A stretch of DNA of 64,000 nt, from the NCBI RefSeq assembly GCF_902713615.1, contig NC_052157.1, positions 37,009,203 to 37,073,202 on the forward strand. Reading direction: 5' to 3'. Below, piece by piece: positions 1-12,566 of this stretch. The stretch is from Scyliorhinus canicula. Lineage: Eukaryota. Each line of letters opens with the position of its first letter. The first letter of the stretch is position 1. The notes under the pieces were generated by a model. That model had not been told where the DNA came from, made no database searches, and was given only the letters and a program-made list of their open reading frames with translations. A program made the translations under genes and the position numbers.

Positions 1-122
1 AAACCCACGCAGACATGGGGAGAATGTGCAAACTCCATTTGGACAGTGACCCAGGGCCGGGGTTCGAACCCGAGTCCTCAGCGCCGCAGTCCCAGTGCTA
101 ACCACTACGCCACATGCCGCCC
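1..122 (-). mobile_element. tRNA-derived SINE (HE1-like), 5' part, cut by window edge
   Basis: Reverse complement reads GGGCGGCATGTGGCGTAGTGGTTAGC (A box)...GGTTCGAACCC (B box)...GGAGTTTGCACATTCTCCCC, matching other SINE copies in the window. Confidence 0.9.
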
Positions 123-744
123 TCTATGATTTCAATGATGAATGGTGAGAGATTCCACATCACTCATTTGCACTGTTTGTTGAATAAATATTCACATATT
201 TGATTTGTCTGCGATATCCCTCTTCCATGTCCAAAAAGAAAATTATAGCTGAGAGGAGGGAATAGAGCATAAAGAAAAGCAGATAGAATTTTTATTCATA
301 GCCATCGGCTGCAATTGAATGAGAACAATGTTTCCATGATTAAACATTTTTGGAAAAGTTGAAGTGTTCACCTATCCCACACATGTATTGTTATATTGTA
401 ATTGCTGTATTCTCTATACAGAAAGCTCTGAAAGAAATATAGTATGAGAAGGTTAAAGCTTGCATAACTTTTCCATTTCACTAAGTTGATAGAAGGATTA
501 GAGATATATAAACTGGTCGATGCTGGAAACTTTGGCAAATATACAAAACTGTTATACCACTGAGCTGATTCTGGTGTTATTGTCTCTTAATTCAAAAGCT
601 TGGCTTAGCATAAGCTCAGAGATCATAAGTTTAAATAGCTCACTGAGCAGGCTGCAGTAACAAGTAATATTTTTGATCCAAGTCACATTTCGCAAAGAAC
701 GACTCATGCGTTTAATTTTATACAGTGATAATCATGAGGACGAT

Positions 745-1020
745 CCTCCATTTATAGTGCATCCTCTCACATCCTTAGGATATCCCAGAACAGTTAATAA
801 CCAACTAATTACTAATTGAAGAGTAGTTACCGTTCTTATAAAGGCAAATACAGCAGCCTATTTATGCACAGCAAGGGCCCACATACAGCAAATAAGATGA
901 ATGAACAGTTAGCCTGTTTTATTGGTGCTCAAAAAAAGCTTTTTTAAACCCATGGGATCTTTTATGGCTATTCGAACAGCGAGCAGCATTCTGTTTAACA
1001 GCTCACTCAAAAGACCAAAA
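745..1020 (-). mobile_element. Decayed DeuSINE (SacSINE1/AmnSINE1-like)
   Basis: Similar to 35632-36770 and the reverse complement of 42660-42915 (GCAGCCTATTTATGCACAGCAAG..CCATGGGATCTTTTA); family name recalled, not searched. Confidence 0.5.
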
Positions 1021-1499
1021 ATACTATTGCAGAGTCCTTCAGAAGCGGAGAGGTAGGTAATCAGATGAACTGGCTGAAGGTTGAACAAAGATTAGATGCT
1101 CAAATTGGAAGGTAGGAATTTTAAGAGGTCTTTGCAACCATGAACTGGAACAGTAATGTGGAGTACAGAAACTAGTTCCAGAGGGCGTTTGCAATGTGGT
1201 TAAGCAGTCGTTAGAATGAGAAGTCCAGAGGCATAAATATGGAGGAAATGGGTTAGAATACATGGCTGCAGGGGATTGTCAGATCCCAATTTCTTTTCCC
1301 TCAGAAACTTAAATTGTTCATATTTTGATTTCTGCATTCACAGGAAATGGTAAGTTCCAGCCGATCTTTGTTCAAAAATAAGCAGGCCCAGAGATGACAC
1401 CCGTTTCTAATGACTCTCATCTTCTCACAAGAACCCTTTTGTTAATTTATGTGGAAACATTGCTCTGTGAGCAATCTGTGAGCTCTGTGCTGAACAGGC

Positions 1500-1880
1500 T
1501 CTCTCTTGAAGCCCAGATGCTGAATGATAGGTGGATGATTCAGAAAAAAACGATTTCCTCTGGTAGACAATCCAGACCAAGAGGGCATGACCTTAAAATT
1601 AGACCAAAGTCATTTAGGAGTGAAATCAGGAAGTACTTTTTCATGCAATGGGTAAATCTGGAATCCTCTCCTCCAGAATGCTAAGCGTGTTGAACCAATT
1701 GAAATTTTTCAGACTAATCTGAAGAGATTTTTGTCAGCTAAGCATATTTAGGGATATGGAGCAAAGGTGGGAAAAATCATGTCGAGGATCAGCCATGATC
1801 TAATTGTGAACTAAAACAGAAATGGGAAAAAACTAATTTGCTTTTGTTTAATTGTGAATGGTTGGACTCCTGTTCCTATG
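1500..1880 (+). mobile_element. CR1 LINE 3' fragment
   Basis: Translation RPRGHDLKIRPKSFRSEIRKYFF resembles the CR1 ORF2 C-terminus (TRGH.LK...F..E.R..FF) and is followed by a CR1-type 3' tail. Confidence 0.75.
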
Positions 1881-3087
1881 ATGAAGTAATGAGTGGACGA
1901 GGATAGTGGGTTTGGGGGATTGGAAATCCCACCCTATGACTTCTCGCCTCCAGGCGGCATTAATTCACTTTATCTCAAAGCTGTCCAACAGGGGTCCAGA
2001 GTTTCATTTCATGACTTTTTTCTATATGCTGTGCATCCGCCAACAATTACAGACACCACCCAGACATTCAGGACTTCCCGAAACACTGTTCATGCCACTT
2101 GCTTAGATCCACACTCAGCGCCATGCACTGCCGTATGCACTGTCTCGACCTCTCTCTCTTCATCAGCACCAGCTCCCTGTCTCAAAGCTGTCCTAATTCG
2201 TAGTGCCATTTCATCTTTTTGGCTCATTGCGAAGGATTCTTTTGAGTCCACGATGCCCTGAATTGTGAGCTCTCAGGGGAGGACGGGAAAGCTTCACTGG
2301 ATTGACAATGATAACTGAATGCTGATCGGAAGAGCAGGATGATTTTGACCTTTGGAGACAGTAGTAGGAAGCATGCACACTGATAGATGCCCCCCACCCC
2401 TTGCTCCCCACCCCTTCCAGCTTCCCATGAATTTAAACGGCTTAACTAAGCTTACAGAATTTAACAAGCTTAAAAACCTTTCCTTCCCGCATCACGCTTT
2501 ATTCTTGTTAAATTATAGTGCTCTGATCTGCAGACTGTAAACCCCTTTACTTACTCATGTGCTGGGGTGCTTTGGAATAAGCCAGTGTAAGACTTTGTTG
2601 GAGGTCTAAAAGGATATCAAAAGAATGTTGTGTGATTGAACAGAAGCACTGCACAAAATGCCAAATCTATTCTGTGTTGCATGTTCTTTCGGATGAACGG
2701 TACTTTTGCCCACATAATTACAGCTAATTATACTGGTCTCACCATATTGAAAATCAGTTTTTCCAAATGCTCCATTGCTTTCCCCTCTGTGCTGCATCCT
2801 GTGGTACCAATGGAGATGACAAAGGGTTCAGCAGAAGGCTGTTTAGCAGGAAGAGAATGAAGACCACAATTTGGGATCAGGAATGAGGGTGTGACTTTAA
2901 AGACAGTCAGGCCTTTGTTAACCCGCCAATGCTAAAATGTTCTAAAATACAGTCTCAACGTTTTTATTAAGGGCTTTCAGATGTCTTTACAGCAGTTCTA
3001 TCTATTTGGCCCAGAAAGCAACAAAACTACTCTTCGAGTCGTGACAAACCGAGTCCAAACAGTTTATTGTTACAAACAGTCGCTTAA

Positions 3088-3409
3088 GGGCAGCACGGTA
3101 GCACAAGTGGCTAGCACTGTGGTTTCACAGCACCAGGGTTCCAGGTTCGATTCCCCGCTGGGACACTGTCTGTGCAGAGTCTGCACGTTCTCCCCGTGGC
3201 TGCGTGGGTTTCCTCCGGGTGCTCCGGTTTCCTCCCACAGTCCAAAGACGTGCAGTTAGGTGGATTGGCCATGCTAAATTACCCTTAGTGTCCAAAAATG
3301 TTAGGAGGGGTTATTGGGTTACGGGGATGGGGTGGAAGTGAGGGCTTAAGTGGGTCGGTGCAGACTCGATGGGCCGAATGGCCTCCTTCTGCACTGTATG
3401 TTCTATGTT
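3088..3409 (+). mobile_element. tRNA-derived SINE (HE1-like), long form with CR1-like tail
   Basis: GGGCAGCACGGTAGCA head, GGTTCGATTCCC B box, tail GGGCCGAATGGCCTCCTTCTGCACTGTATGTTCTATG. Confidence 0.92.
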
Positions 3410-3552
3410 AATCGCCATGTAGTGCCATACTGGAGAATACATGGAATATTGGTTCATGTAAAGTTTCATTCCAACATTTTAAATTCGGTATCAATGATTT
3501 TGACACATGACCTGGTTAAAGTGTTTTCAATGCTTGTAATTTCCACAATATT

Positions 3553-5785
3553 ATGTGAATCACCTCGCACTTATCAGGGTTAAACTCCATCTGCCATTTT
3601 CCGGCCCAGCTCTGCATCCTATCAATATCTCTTTGCAGACTACAACAGCCCTCCACCTCATCCACTACTCCACCAATCTTGATGTCATCAACAAATTTAC
3701 TGACCCACCCTTCAGCCCCCTCCTCCAAGTCATTGATAAAAATCACAAATAGCAGAGGACCCAGCACTGATCCCTATGGTACACTGCTGGTAACTGGTCT
3801 CCATTCTGAAAATTTTCCATCCACCACCACCCTCTATCTTCTATGTGATAGCCAGTTACTTATCCAATTGGCCAAATTTCCCACACCTCCTTACTTTCTT
3901 CATAAGCCGACCATGGGGGACCTTATCAAACGCCTTACTAAAATCCATGTATACGACATCAACTGCTCTACCTTCACCTACACACTTAGTTACCTCCTCA
4001 AACAATTCAATCATGTGGAGTTTTCACATTCTTCCTGTGTTTGCATGGGTTTCGCCCCCACAACCCTTCACGAATCCGTGTTGACTACCCCGGATTAAGC
4101 TGCATCTTTCAAAATGGTCATAAATACTAGCCTTCAGGACCTTTTCCATTAACTTACCGACCACTGAAGTAAAACTAACTGGCCTATAATTACCAGGGTC
4201 ATTCCTATTCCTTTTCTTGAACTCTCTCCAGTGCCACTCTCCAGTCCTCTGCCACTATCCCTGTGGACAGTGAGGACCCAAATATCAAAGCCAAAGGCTC
4301 TGCAACCTCATCCCTTGCCTCCCAAAGAATCCTTGGATATATCCCATCTGGCCCAGGGGACTTGTCGATCCTAAGGTTTTTCAAAATTGCTAATACATCC
4401 TTCCTCAGAACATCTACCTCCTCCAGCCTACCTGCCTGTGTCACACTCTCATCCTCAAAAACATGGCCCCTCTCCTTGGTGAACACTGAAGAAAAGTATT
4501 CATTCAATGCCTCTCCTATCTCTTCTGACTCCATGCACAAATTCCCACTACTGTCCTTGACCGGCCTTAACCTCACCTTGGTCATTCTTTTATTTCTCAC
4601 ATAAGAGTAAAAAGCCTTGGGATTTTCCTTGATCCGACCCGCCAAGGACTTCTCATGCCCCCTCCTAGCTCTCCTAAGCCCTTTTTTTTAGCTAATTCCT
4701 TGCTACCTTGTAACCCTCAAGCGAGCCAACTGAGCCTTGTTTTCTCATCCGCTTACATACGCTTCCTTTTTCCTCTTGACAAGACATTCAACCTCTTTTG
4801 TGAACCATGGTTCCCTCACACGGCCATTTCCTCCCTGCCTGACAGGAACATACCTGTCAAGGTCACGCCATATTTGTTCCTTGAACAAGCTCCACTTTTC
4901 ATTTGTGCCTTTACCTGACAGTTTCTGTTCCCATCTTGTGCTCCCTAATTCTTGCCTAATCGCATCATAATTACCCCTCCCCCAATTATAAACCTTGCCC
5001 TGCCATATGGCCCTATCCCTCTCCATTGCAATAGTGAAAGACACCGAATTGTGGTCACTATCTCCAAAGTGCTCTCACACAAACAAATCTAACACTTGGT
5101 CCGGTTCGTTACTCAGTACCAAATCCAATGTGGCCCCCCTCTTGTCAGTCTATCCACATATTGTGTCAGTAAACCCTCCCGCACACACTGTACAAAAACT
5201 GCCCCATCCAAACTCTTCGACCTACAGAGGTTCCAATCAATATTTGGAAGGTTAAAGTCACTCATGACAACTACCCTGAGACCTCCACACCTATGCATAA
5301 TCTGTTGTGCAATTTCTTCCTCCACATCTCTACTACTATTTGGGGGCCTATAGAAAACTCCTAACAATGTGACCGCTCCTTTCCTATTTCTAACTTGGGT
5401 CCATATTACCTCAGTAGGCAGATTCCCTTTGAACTTTCTGCAGCCGTAAACTATCCTTGATTAACAATACTACTCCTCCACCTCTTTTACCACCTTCCCT
5501 AAACTTACTGAAACATCAATACCCCGGAACTTCCAACAACCATTCCTTTCCCTGTTCTAACCATGTCTCCATAATGGCCACAACATCGTAGTCCCAAGTA
5601 CCAATCCACGCTCCAAATTCACCTACCTTATTCCGGATGCTCCTTGCATTGAAGTAGACACACTTCAACCCACCTTTCTGTCTGCCGGTACACTCCTGCG
5701 ATCTTGATACCCTCCTCAGTACCTTACTACTCTCAACACTGGCTTCTGGACTACAGCTCGTTTTCCCTGACAAATTAGTTTTGAG
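3553..5785 (-). mobile_element. CR1 LINE ORF2 remnant (APE endonuclease + reverse transcriptase), frameshifted and internally deleted
   Basis: ORF fragments LKCVYFNARSIRNK..VAIMETWL (EN), GVFYRPPN, SDFNLPNIDW, KSPGPDGIYPRIL, LGPLLFVIFINDL..SKFVDD..WQMEFNPDKCEVIH (RT). Confidence 0.95.
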
Positions 5786-5926
5786 CCTATCACTGGTGCC
5801 AAGATTCTTTCCTGCTGCTCCCATGAAATTTCCCATTGTAGCCATCCATGCTGCTGGGAAACCCACGGGCGGAGGGCACTGCCAGAGGGAACTGAGAATC
5901 CCAACAGCTGGATAATTCTGGTCATG

Positions 5927-6925
5927 GGGCGTGATTTAATGGAAATTAAATAGAATCCCATGTCGAACGTGCTTAGCCAGTGTGTTTCCCGGTGCTGGCC
6001 CCGCTATTAAACAGGGCCTCATTTTTGGGCCTCGTCAAAAGCAGCACAGTGGCGCAGTGGGTTAGCCCTGATGCCTCACGGCGCCGAGGTCCCAGGTTCG
6101 ATCCTGGCTCTGGGTGACTGTCCGTGTGGAGTTTGCACATTCTCCCTGTGTTTGCATGGGTTTCGCCCCCACAACCCAAAGATGTGCAAGGTAGGTGGAT
6201 TGGCCAGGCTAAATTGCCCCTGAATTGGAAAAAATGAATTGGGTACTGTAAATTTGAAAAATAAATTGTGGGCCTCGCCGAGGAATGCCTCCCCCCCCCC
6301 CCCCCCCCCACCCCCGCCCCCAAGGTCACACTTAGTCCTGTTTCCTGCACTAACGAGCTCAGCTCACCAGTGCAGGATGAGATCGGGGCACCATTTTTAA
6401 ATGGTGCTCCCATCCCGAGAACCCCCCCCTCGCAGCTTCCAGGCCCCCCCCCCCACAATGCCCCAACTCATCAATAAGAGGGCCATTGATCCCCCTACAC
6501 CCAACCTTATATAGGCGCTGCACCCCCTGGTCAGTTGCTGGCACAGTTATGATGCCACCTGGGCACCTTGGCACTGCCACCTGGTGGCATCAGGTGTGCC
6601 ATTGTATCGCCCTGTCCAGGGGCTCCTCATGGCCTGGGAGACCTCCCTTCCCCCCCGCCAAGTGCTGGTACGCCTAGTTCACATTTGCAGAAACTAGTGC
6701 TAAATGGCGCCTGCTCCTCTAAGGCGTGACGAGGCTGGTAAATCTCTCGAGAGGTATTTTGTGCGATTTACCAGCCTCGTTGTGCATACTGAGTTGGGCA
6801 CAGCGAAGCTGATTGATCGTGCGTATAGTTTTTCAGACCGGTATACCTTGCCTGTATGGGCTATATTTGATGTGCCCATGCCGAGCCTGCATTCGGTGGG
6901 TAGGAGGGATCTCGTAAAATTGTGA
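5927..6925. mobile_element. Older Harbinger-type MITE interrupted by a SINE
   Basis: Starts GGGCGTGATTTAAT (TIR-like, cf. GGGCGCGATTCTCC of the family) with a GC-rich palindromic interior; right TIR decayed. Confidence 0.5.
6041..6265 (+). mobile_element. tRNA-derived SINE, short A-tailed form
   Basis: A/B boxes; tail AAATTGCCCC..GGAAAAAATGAATTGGGTAC; flanked by the direct repeat TGGGCCTCG. Confidence 0.9.
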
Positions 6926-7008
6926 GGAGGGGGGATTATCAGCCCATCACCTTCTTGCTCACCCCCACAACACGGTAGCTTTTAAATAAATAAGTAAGGG
7001 TCAATTAC

Positions 7009-7359
7009 GGGCAGCACGGTAGCATTGTGGATAGCACAATCGCTTAACAGCTCCAGGATCCCAGGTTCGATTCCGGCCTGGGCCACTGTCTGTGCGGAGT
7101 CTGCACATCCTCCCCGTGTGTGCGTGGGTTTCCTCCGTGTGCTCCGGTTTCCTCCCACAATCCAAAGATGTGCAGGTTAGGTGGATTGGCCATGATAAAT
7201 TGCCCTTAGTGTCCAAAATTGCCCTTAGTGTTTGGTGGGGTTACTGGGTTATGGGGATAGGGTGGAGGTGTTAACCTTGGTGCTCTTTCCAGGAGCCAGT
7301 GCAGACTCGATGGGCAGAATGGCCTCCTTCTGCACTGTAAATTCTATGATCTATGATCT
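7009..7359 (+). mobile_element. tRNA-derived SINE, long form
   Basis: GGGCAGCACGGTAGC head; CR1-like tail ending (CTATGAT)n. Confidence 0.9.
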
Positions 7360-7534
7360 AATTGAACTTGTTAACAAGCCATCCAACTGCCCACTCCCCA
7401 TCCCCACCTTTTCCCCTCCCCATAATATGCAGCTCTATGTTTTATGCATGTCTTGTGAGTTACCTTCAGTTTATCAAAGTTGCTGCCTGACAAAAATACT
7501 GCATAGTTTGATTGGGCCATCCTGTATCATCCTT

Positions 7535-7868
7535 GGGCAGCACGGTGGCACAGTAGTTAGCACTGTTGCCTCACAGCTCCAAGGTCACGGGTTCAATTCC
7601 GGCCTCGGGTGACTGTGTCGAGTTTGCACTTTCTCCCCTTGTCTGCGTGGGTTTCCTCCCGGTGGTCTGGCCCCTCCCACAGTCCAAAGATGTGCGGGTT
7701 AAGTGGATTGGCCATGCTAAATTGCCCCTGAGTGCCCAAAAGGTTCGGTGGGGTTACTGGGTTACGTGGATAGGGTGGAGGGGTGGGTTTAAGGAGGGTG
7801 CCATTTCCAAAGGCCGGTGCAGATTTGATGGTCCGAATGGCCTCCTTCTGCACTGTAAATTCTATGAC
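7535..7868 (+). mobile_element. tRNA-derived SINE, long form
   Basis: Same head, body and tail as 7009-7359. Confidence 0.9.
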
Positions 7869-8117
7869 AGGTATTTTATAGTCCAGGAGGTGCACATCAA
7901 CAATACATTTAATTAGCACTTTTAGCATTGTTCACCGGAGCATTATCAAACACAATCTGACACTGAGCAAAATAAGGAGATGTTTGAACAAGTGACCAAT
8001 CGCTTGGTCAAATAGTTGGTTTTGAAGGAGTAAAGGCAGAGAGAGGTTAAGGGAGGGATTGCCTGAGCTGAGTGTATAGGCAGCTGAAGTCACAGCTGCC
8101 ATTAGCGGAACCATTAA

Positions 8118-8372
8118 GGGCGGCACAGTGGCACATTGGTTAGCACTGTTGCCTCACAGCGCCGGGGACCCGGGTTCAATTCCGGCCTTGGGTGACTGTC
8201 TATGTGGAGTTTGCACATTCTCCCCGTCTGTGTCTGATTGGGTTTCCTCTGGGTGCTCTTGTTTCCTCCCACAGTCCAAAGATGTGCAGGTTAGGTGGAT
8301 TGTCCTGTCCCTTGGTGTGCGGATTAGGTGGAGTTATGGGGATAGGGTGGGCAGTAGGCCTAGGTAGGGTGG
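8118..8372 (+). mobile_element. tRNA-derived SINE, 3'-truncated
   Basis: Head with B box GGTTCAATTCC and SINE body. Confidence 0.85.
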
Positions 8373-9521
8373 ATTACAGTCTGAAAGTTGCATTAAACCA
8401 GCTTGGGATCCAAGCCTGTCAATCAGACTGAAGTCTGGGTAGGGATCCGATCAAGAACGGAAGACACTCTCTGGAATCAAAACCCTCACAGCATGCAGAG
8501 AAACTTAGACTTCACTGTTACCTGAACTTAACTCTTTCCCATCACTCGAAATCTACAATGATTGCTTGGTCTAAAATGCCTAGATCTCTTTCGCACTCAT
8601 CCAGAGCTATTTCAACACTATTTATGGAGCACATATGTTCCCCATTTGTTCCTTCCCCTGTGCAATATTTTGCACTTGCCAATATTAAATCTGCCATTGT
8701 TCAGCCCACTCACTGTTTTGGTCATTTCTGACTTGCCTCCTTTGATTGCACTGCCTCTCCTCAGTGTATCAGCATTCTTGCGCTGTGCTTCTGAATCCAA
8801 GTTATCGATGTCAATTAGAAACAGCAGTGATATCCACACCGGTCTCTAAGCAGGTTAACCCACTCAGTACTTCCTCCACACAGGCTTTACTGTTATTTCC
8901 TACCCTGTACTTTATAGACTGTGGAATATATGGACAATTGTGCACTGTGTGCCTATGATCTTGGACCTCTATCCACTCCTTCTCATCATCATATAACTTG
9001 GTTCTCATTCTGACTTTTACTGTTGTACTAACGCCAAGACTGTAGATATTTAGTAAGCTGCGCATTTGTAAGATCATGAAATTGGTTGTGTTTTCATTAT
9101 ATAATGTTTTGATTTTCTTGTAAAATTGTCCTAACATCTTTCTTTCATGAACTGTTGGATACACCAAGAGTGAGATTCCTTGATTCCCCCAGCCGGGTGT
9201 TTCTCAGCGGCACATCATTCGATGATGACGGGCTTCTCTACTCTCGCTATTTGTCAATAGGGTTTCTATTTGAAGCCGCCCCACGCCGTCTGGAATCCCA
9301 CCACCAGCACACGGCGCGCCAAATTCTCTGTGCTCGCCAGCAGCCGTAGCAGGGTGGACTTGGAAAATCCCAGCCTTTGAAAATAAAATGTAATACAATA
9401 CAAAAATTCATTGACTACCCATAATCTGGGCTACTTTGCATATCACTAAAGGACTTAAGGTGAAATATCTGAACACATGGTGCTACATTCTCAGTGTGTG
9501 TGTTTCACTCAGTTTCAAATC

Positions 9522-9928
9522 ATTGCCAGGACCAAGCAGACAGCATGCAAATCGATTGGAGGGAAAGCTCCTCGCAAACAGCTGGCTGTCAAAGTAGCCC
9601 AGAAGAGCACTCCAGCCATGGGCGGAGTGAAGAAGCCACATCACTACAGACCTGGCACTGTGGCTCTGAGGGAGATCCGCCACTACCAGAAATCCACTGA
9701 GCTACTGATCCACTGCCCTTAGAGCGCCTGGTGCGAGAGATCGCCACGGACTTCAAGACACACTTGTGAATCCAGAGCTCGGCTGTCATGGCCCTGCTGG
9801 AGGCCAGCGAGGCTTCCCCGGTGGGGTTCTTTGAGGACACCAACCTGTGCGCCATCCACGCCAAGCGAGTCACTATCATGTCCAAAGTCATCCAGCTGGC
9901 CCGCCGCATCCATGGGGAACGAATCTAA
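9522..9928 (+). pseudogene. H3: Histone H3 pseudogene (replication-dependent H3.1/H3.2 type)
   Basis: ATT(ex-ATG)[21 protein letters not shown]..[30 protein letters not shown], frameshift, [48 protein letters not shown]. Start lost, deletion, internal stop. SAVM marks canonical H3, not H3.3. Confidence 0.95.
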
Positions 9929-9956
9929 AACCCGGCTTCGGCACAAATGCAACAAA

Positions 9957-9972
9957 GGCTCTTTTAAGAGCC
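9957..9972 (+). promoter_or_regulatory. Histone mRNA 3' stem-loop
   Basis: AAA-GGCTCT-TTTA-AGAGCC 28 nt after the H3 stop codon; purine-rich GGAAAAGAA follows (HDE-like). Confidence 0.9.
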
Positions 9973-10280
9973 ATCAGCTCTGTCAGGAAAAGAATACCCA
10001 GTTATCTCCTCCTTACGTATTTGGCATGGACCTATTGTGGACCATCACATATTTAATTTCTGAATTCTCCAACAGTGAAACGAACAGGCGCCAGAGTGTG
10101 GTGACTGGGGGATGTTAATTTAAGCCTACTTGTGACACTAATAAAGATTATTACATGTTCCAGTGACAATGCTTACCAACATGGTAATCAAATTCAATGA
10201 AGGAAGGAACAGTGTCAAGGGGATATTTCAACCCTTGTATTACTTAGTTACTCACCTTTGAGAGATATTGAGTACAAAAG

Positions 10281-10682
10281 TGTCATAATATCCACTCATG
10301 TATATAATGAGATGCAGGGAGGCAGTGATTGACACATAGGATGACCAGTAAGCATACAACACAGTACAGCCAATCACCAGACAGGACACGACCACTATAA
10401 AGCCAGAGGGCACTAGGTTTCCCGCTCTCTCGCGACCCAGCTACTGAGACAGTCAGAGTCCACGAGCTAGCAAGTGCAAACACCATTTAATAGCTAGTAA
10501 GTCTGGTCAGGCTACTACAAGGTCACCAGTCAGATCAGTATAGTGTCGACCCACAGCTGAATATGTACAGCAGTTCTATAGTTGAATAAAACAGTGTTGG
10601 ATCTTCTCCAGTGTTAGACATCTGTTTCTAACTTCCCTGCATCGAGTGCAGTCCACATCGAACCAACCTGCCTAACACATCA
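10281..10682 (+). mobile_element. Gypsy solo LTR (same family as 24760-30225)
   Basis: TGTCATAAT...AACACATCA (TG..CA), perfect 5-bp TSD AAAAG, AATAAA inside; reverse complement of the LTRs at 24760 and 29651. Confidence 0.93.
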
Positions 10683-11021
10683 AAAAGGTGCCCACTGTGG
10701 GGAAAGGGCAAATTGAAGAAATCATCCTGGTCAATAATAAAATGGCCTTATGCCTCGGAGGAAGTCCCCCTCCCATTCCAAGAGGGTTATGGCTCTGAGC
10801 TTAAATGTTTATGCCTCTTTAGCCATTGAGGCCACTGGACGTTGCAAAATTTGGAAGTTCCCCTTGCAGCATTTCACATCTCTGCCCAGGCAACTAAATA
10901 GCCCAGGAGAACTGTGTATATTTAAGGAAATATTTGTGAAACCTTTATTTCCTTTATTCTTCCGTACTGTCAAGTTTTACAGATATTGAGGTTGAAAATT
11001 CTGTGCTGCAAAAAAGAACAG

Positions 11022-11696
11022 GGCCGAAATTCTCCCCTACCCGGCGGGGCGGGGTGTCCCGGCATAGCAGAGTGGCGCCAACCACTCCGGCATCGGGCCT
11101 CCCCAAAGGTGCGGACTTCTCCGCACCTTTAGGGGCTGGGCCTGCGCCGGAGTGGCTCCCGCTCCGCCGACTGGCGCCAACGGCATTTGGCGCCACGACT
11201 GCCCAGCGTCGGGGTTGGCCGAAAGGCCTTCACTGGTCGGCGTGAATCCGTGCATGCGGCGGAGCGTCAGTGGCCGGCGCATGCGCGGTGGAGGGGGTCT
11301 CTTCCGCCTCCGCCATGGTGGAGGCCGTGGCGCGGCGGAAGAAAAAGAGTGCCCCCATGGCACAGGCCCGCCCGCCGATTGGTGGGCCCCAATTGCGGGC
11401 CAGGCCACCGTGGGGGCACCCCCCGGTGTCCGATCGTCCCGTGCCCCCCCCAGGACCCCGGAGCCCACTCGCACCGCCTGCTCGCGCCGGCACAGAGGTG
11501 GTTTAAACCTATCGCGGGCCGGAGATTCGCCCCGGGGGGTCCGCCGATCGTCGTGGGGGGCCCGCCGACCGGCGGGGTGCGATTCCCGCCCCCGCCGATT
11601 CCTGGGTGGCGGAGAGTTCCGGCCACGGCGGGGGCGGGATTTATGCCGGCCCCGGACGATTCCCTCGACCTTGTGGGGGTTCGGAGAATTCCGCCC
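11022..11696. mobile_element. Harbinger-type MITE (GC-rich)
   Basis: 14-bp TIRs GGCCGAAATTCTCC / GGAGAATTCCGCCC, 3-bp TSD CAG. Confidence 0.88.
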
Positions 11697-12566
11697 CAGA
11701 TAACACTGAATAGAACAAATAATAAAACTGAAGATTAATTTATTATATAGTAGCATGATCTTAAACATTAGAAAGGAAAATAGCAGCCTTGACAGTGGGA
11801 CGAGTGCCCACCATTTCCCTCACTGTCGTCCTTAGAGCATTACAGAGGCTGTCTCTAATTTGTAGTTTTAAAATATAAAACATGTTAAAAAGAGTTCACT
11901 GAATAACTGGCATGCATTTCCCATTGTTCTGAAAAAAAAATCTTGAGTTACGACTCCCTCAGTCAATACAGCATCTCTTTAAGGACTGCCAGTAACTGGC
12001 CAGCGAGTCAAAGATGGAATGATACTCACAAGCTTTCAATCTCCAACACAGTTTCACATCATCGCAATGCACACGCCCCTTTGCTGATCTTTTTATAAAG
12101 CTTCTATCAGGATATTCAAAAATAATATATTGCAGAGATTGTCTCGTCCACAGTATTCATTATCCATCACATTCCTGTTGTTCTGCTGCTTTATACTTGA
12201 ACAGACTGCCTGCTGGGCACCTGCTGGAAGGCAGGTTTGTTCAGTGGATTATGCATTCCATTTTTAACCTGTATTTGATACGTTGTTGCAGCTGACCTGG
12301 TCTATTTAACAACATCCAAATGCATGTCATCAAGGACCAGCTGAAAACATAAAGTAGATTCTCAAATGACTCGACGCCCAGGTCAAAGCAAATGAAATAA
12401 TAAAATCCAAATGGTTTCATCTCATTTTCCGTCAGCCTAGCTCATACATAAACCCGGAGCTCTCAGTACCTTTAGGTTTTATCGTAGCCACTAAGCCTCA
12501 TTTAAGAGAAGAATTCTTCCTGTTGCCTACCTTTTAAAAGGTAAATATACAAGATATGGACGCCAG

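Noticed and set aside
2090-2257. Possible minus-strand terminal coding exon (GIVDSKESFAMSQKDEMALRIR..)
   Set aside because: Weak pyrimidine tract, no recognisable homology and no partner exons
3088-3165. tRNA genes at SINE heads
   Set aside because: A/B boxes are present, but they continue into SINE bodies with tails and TSDs and lack a Pol III terminator
9477-9722. Functional novel H3 variant from the upstream ATG
   Set aside because: Frameshift and stops remove the histone fold; substitutions look like CpG decay
11003-11768. Long overlapping ORFs (180-300 aa) in GC-rich blocks, also at 33075-33923, 50820-51608 and 63004-63903
   Set aside because: They arise from stop-poor GC-rich MITE sequence, are Pro/Arg/Gly-rich on all frames and show no domain
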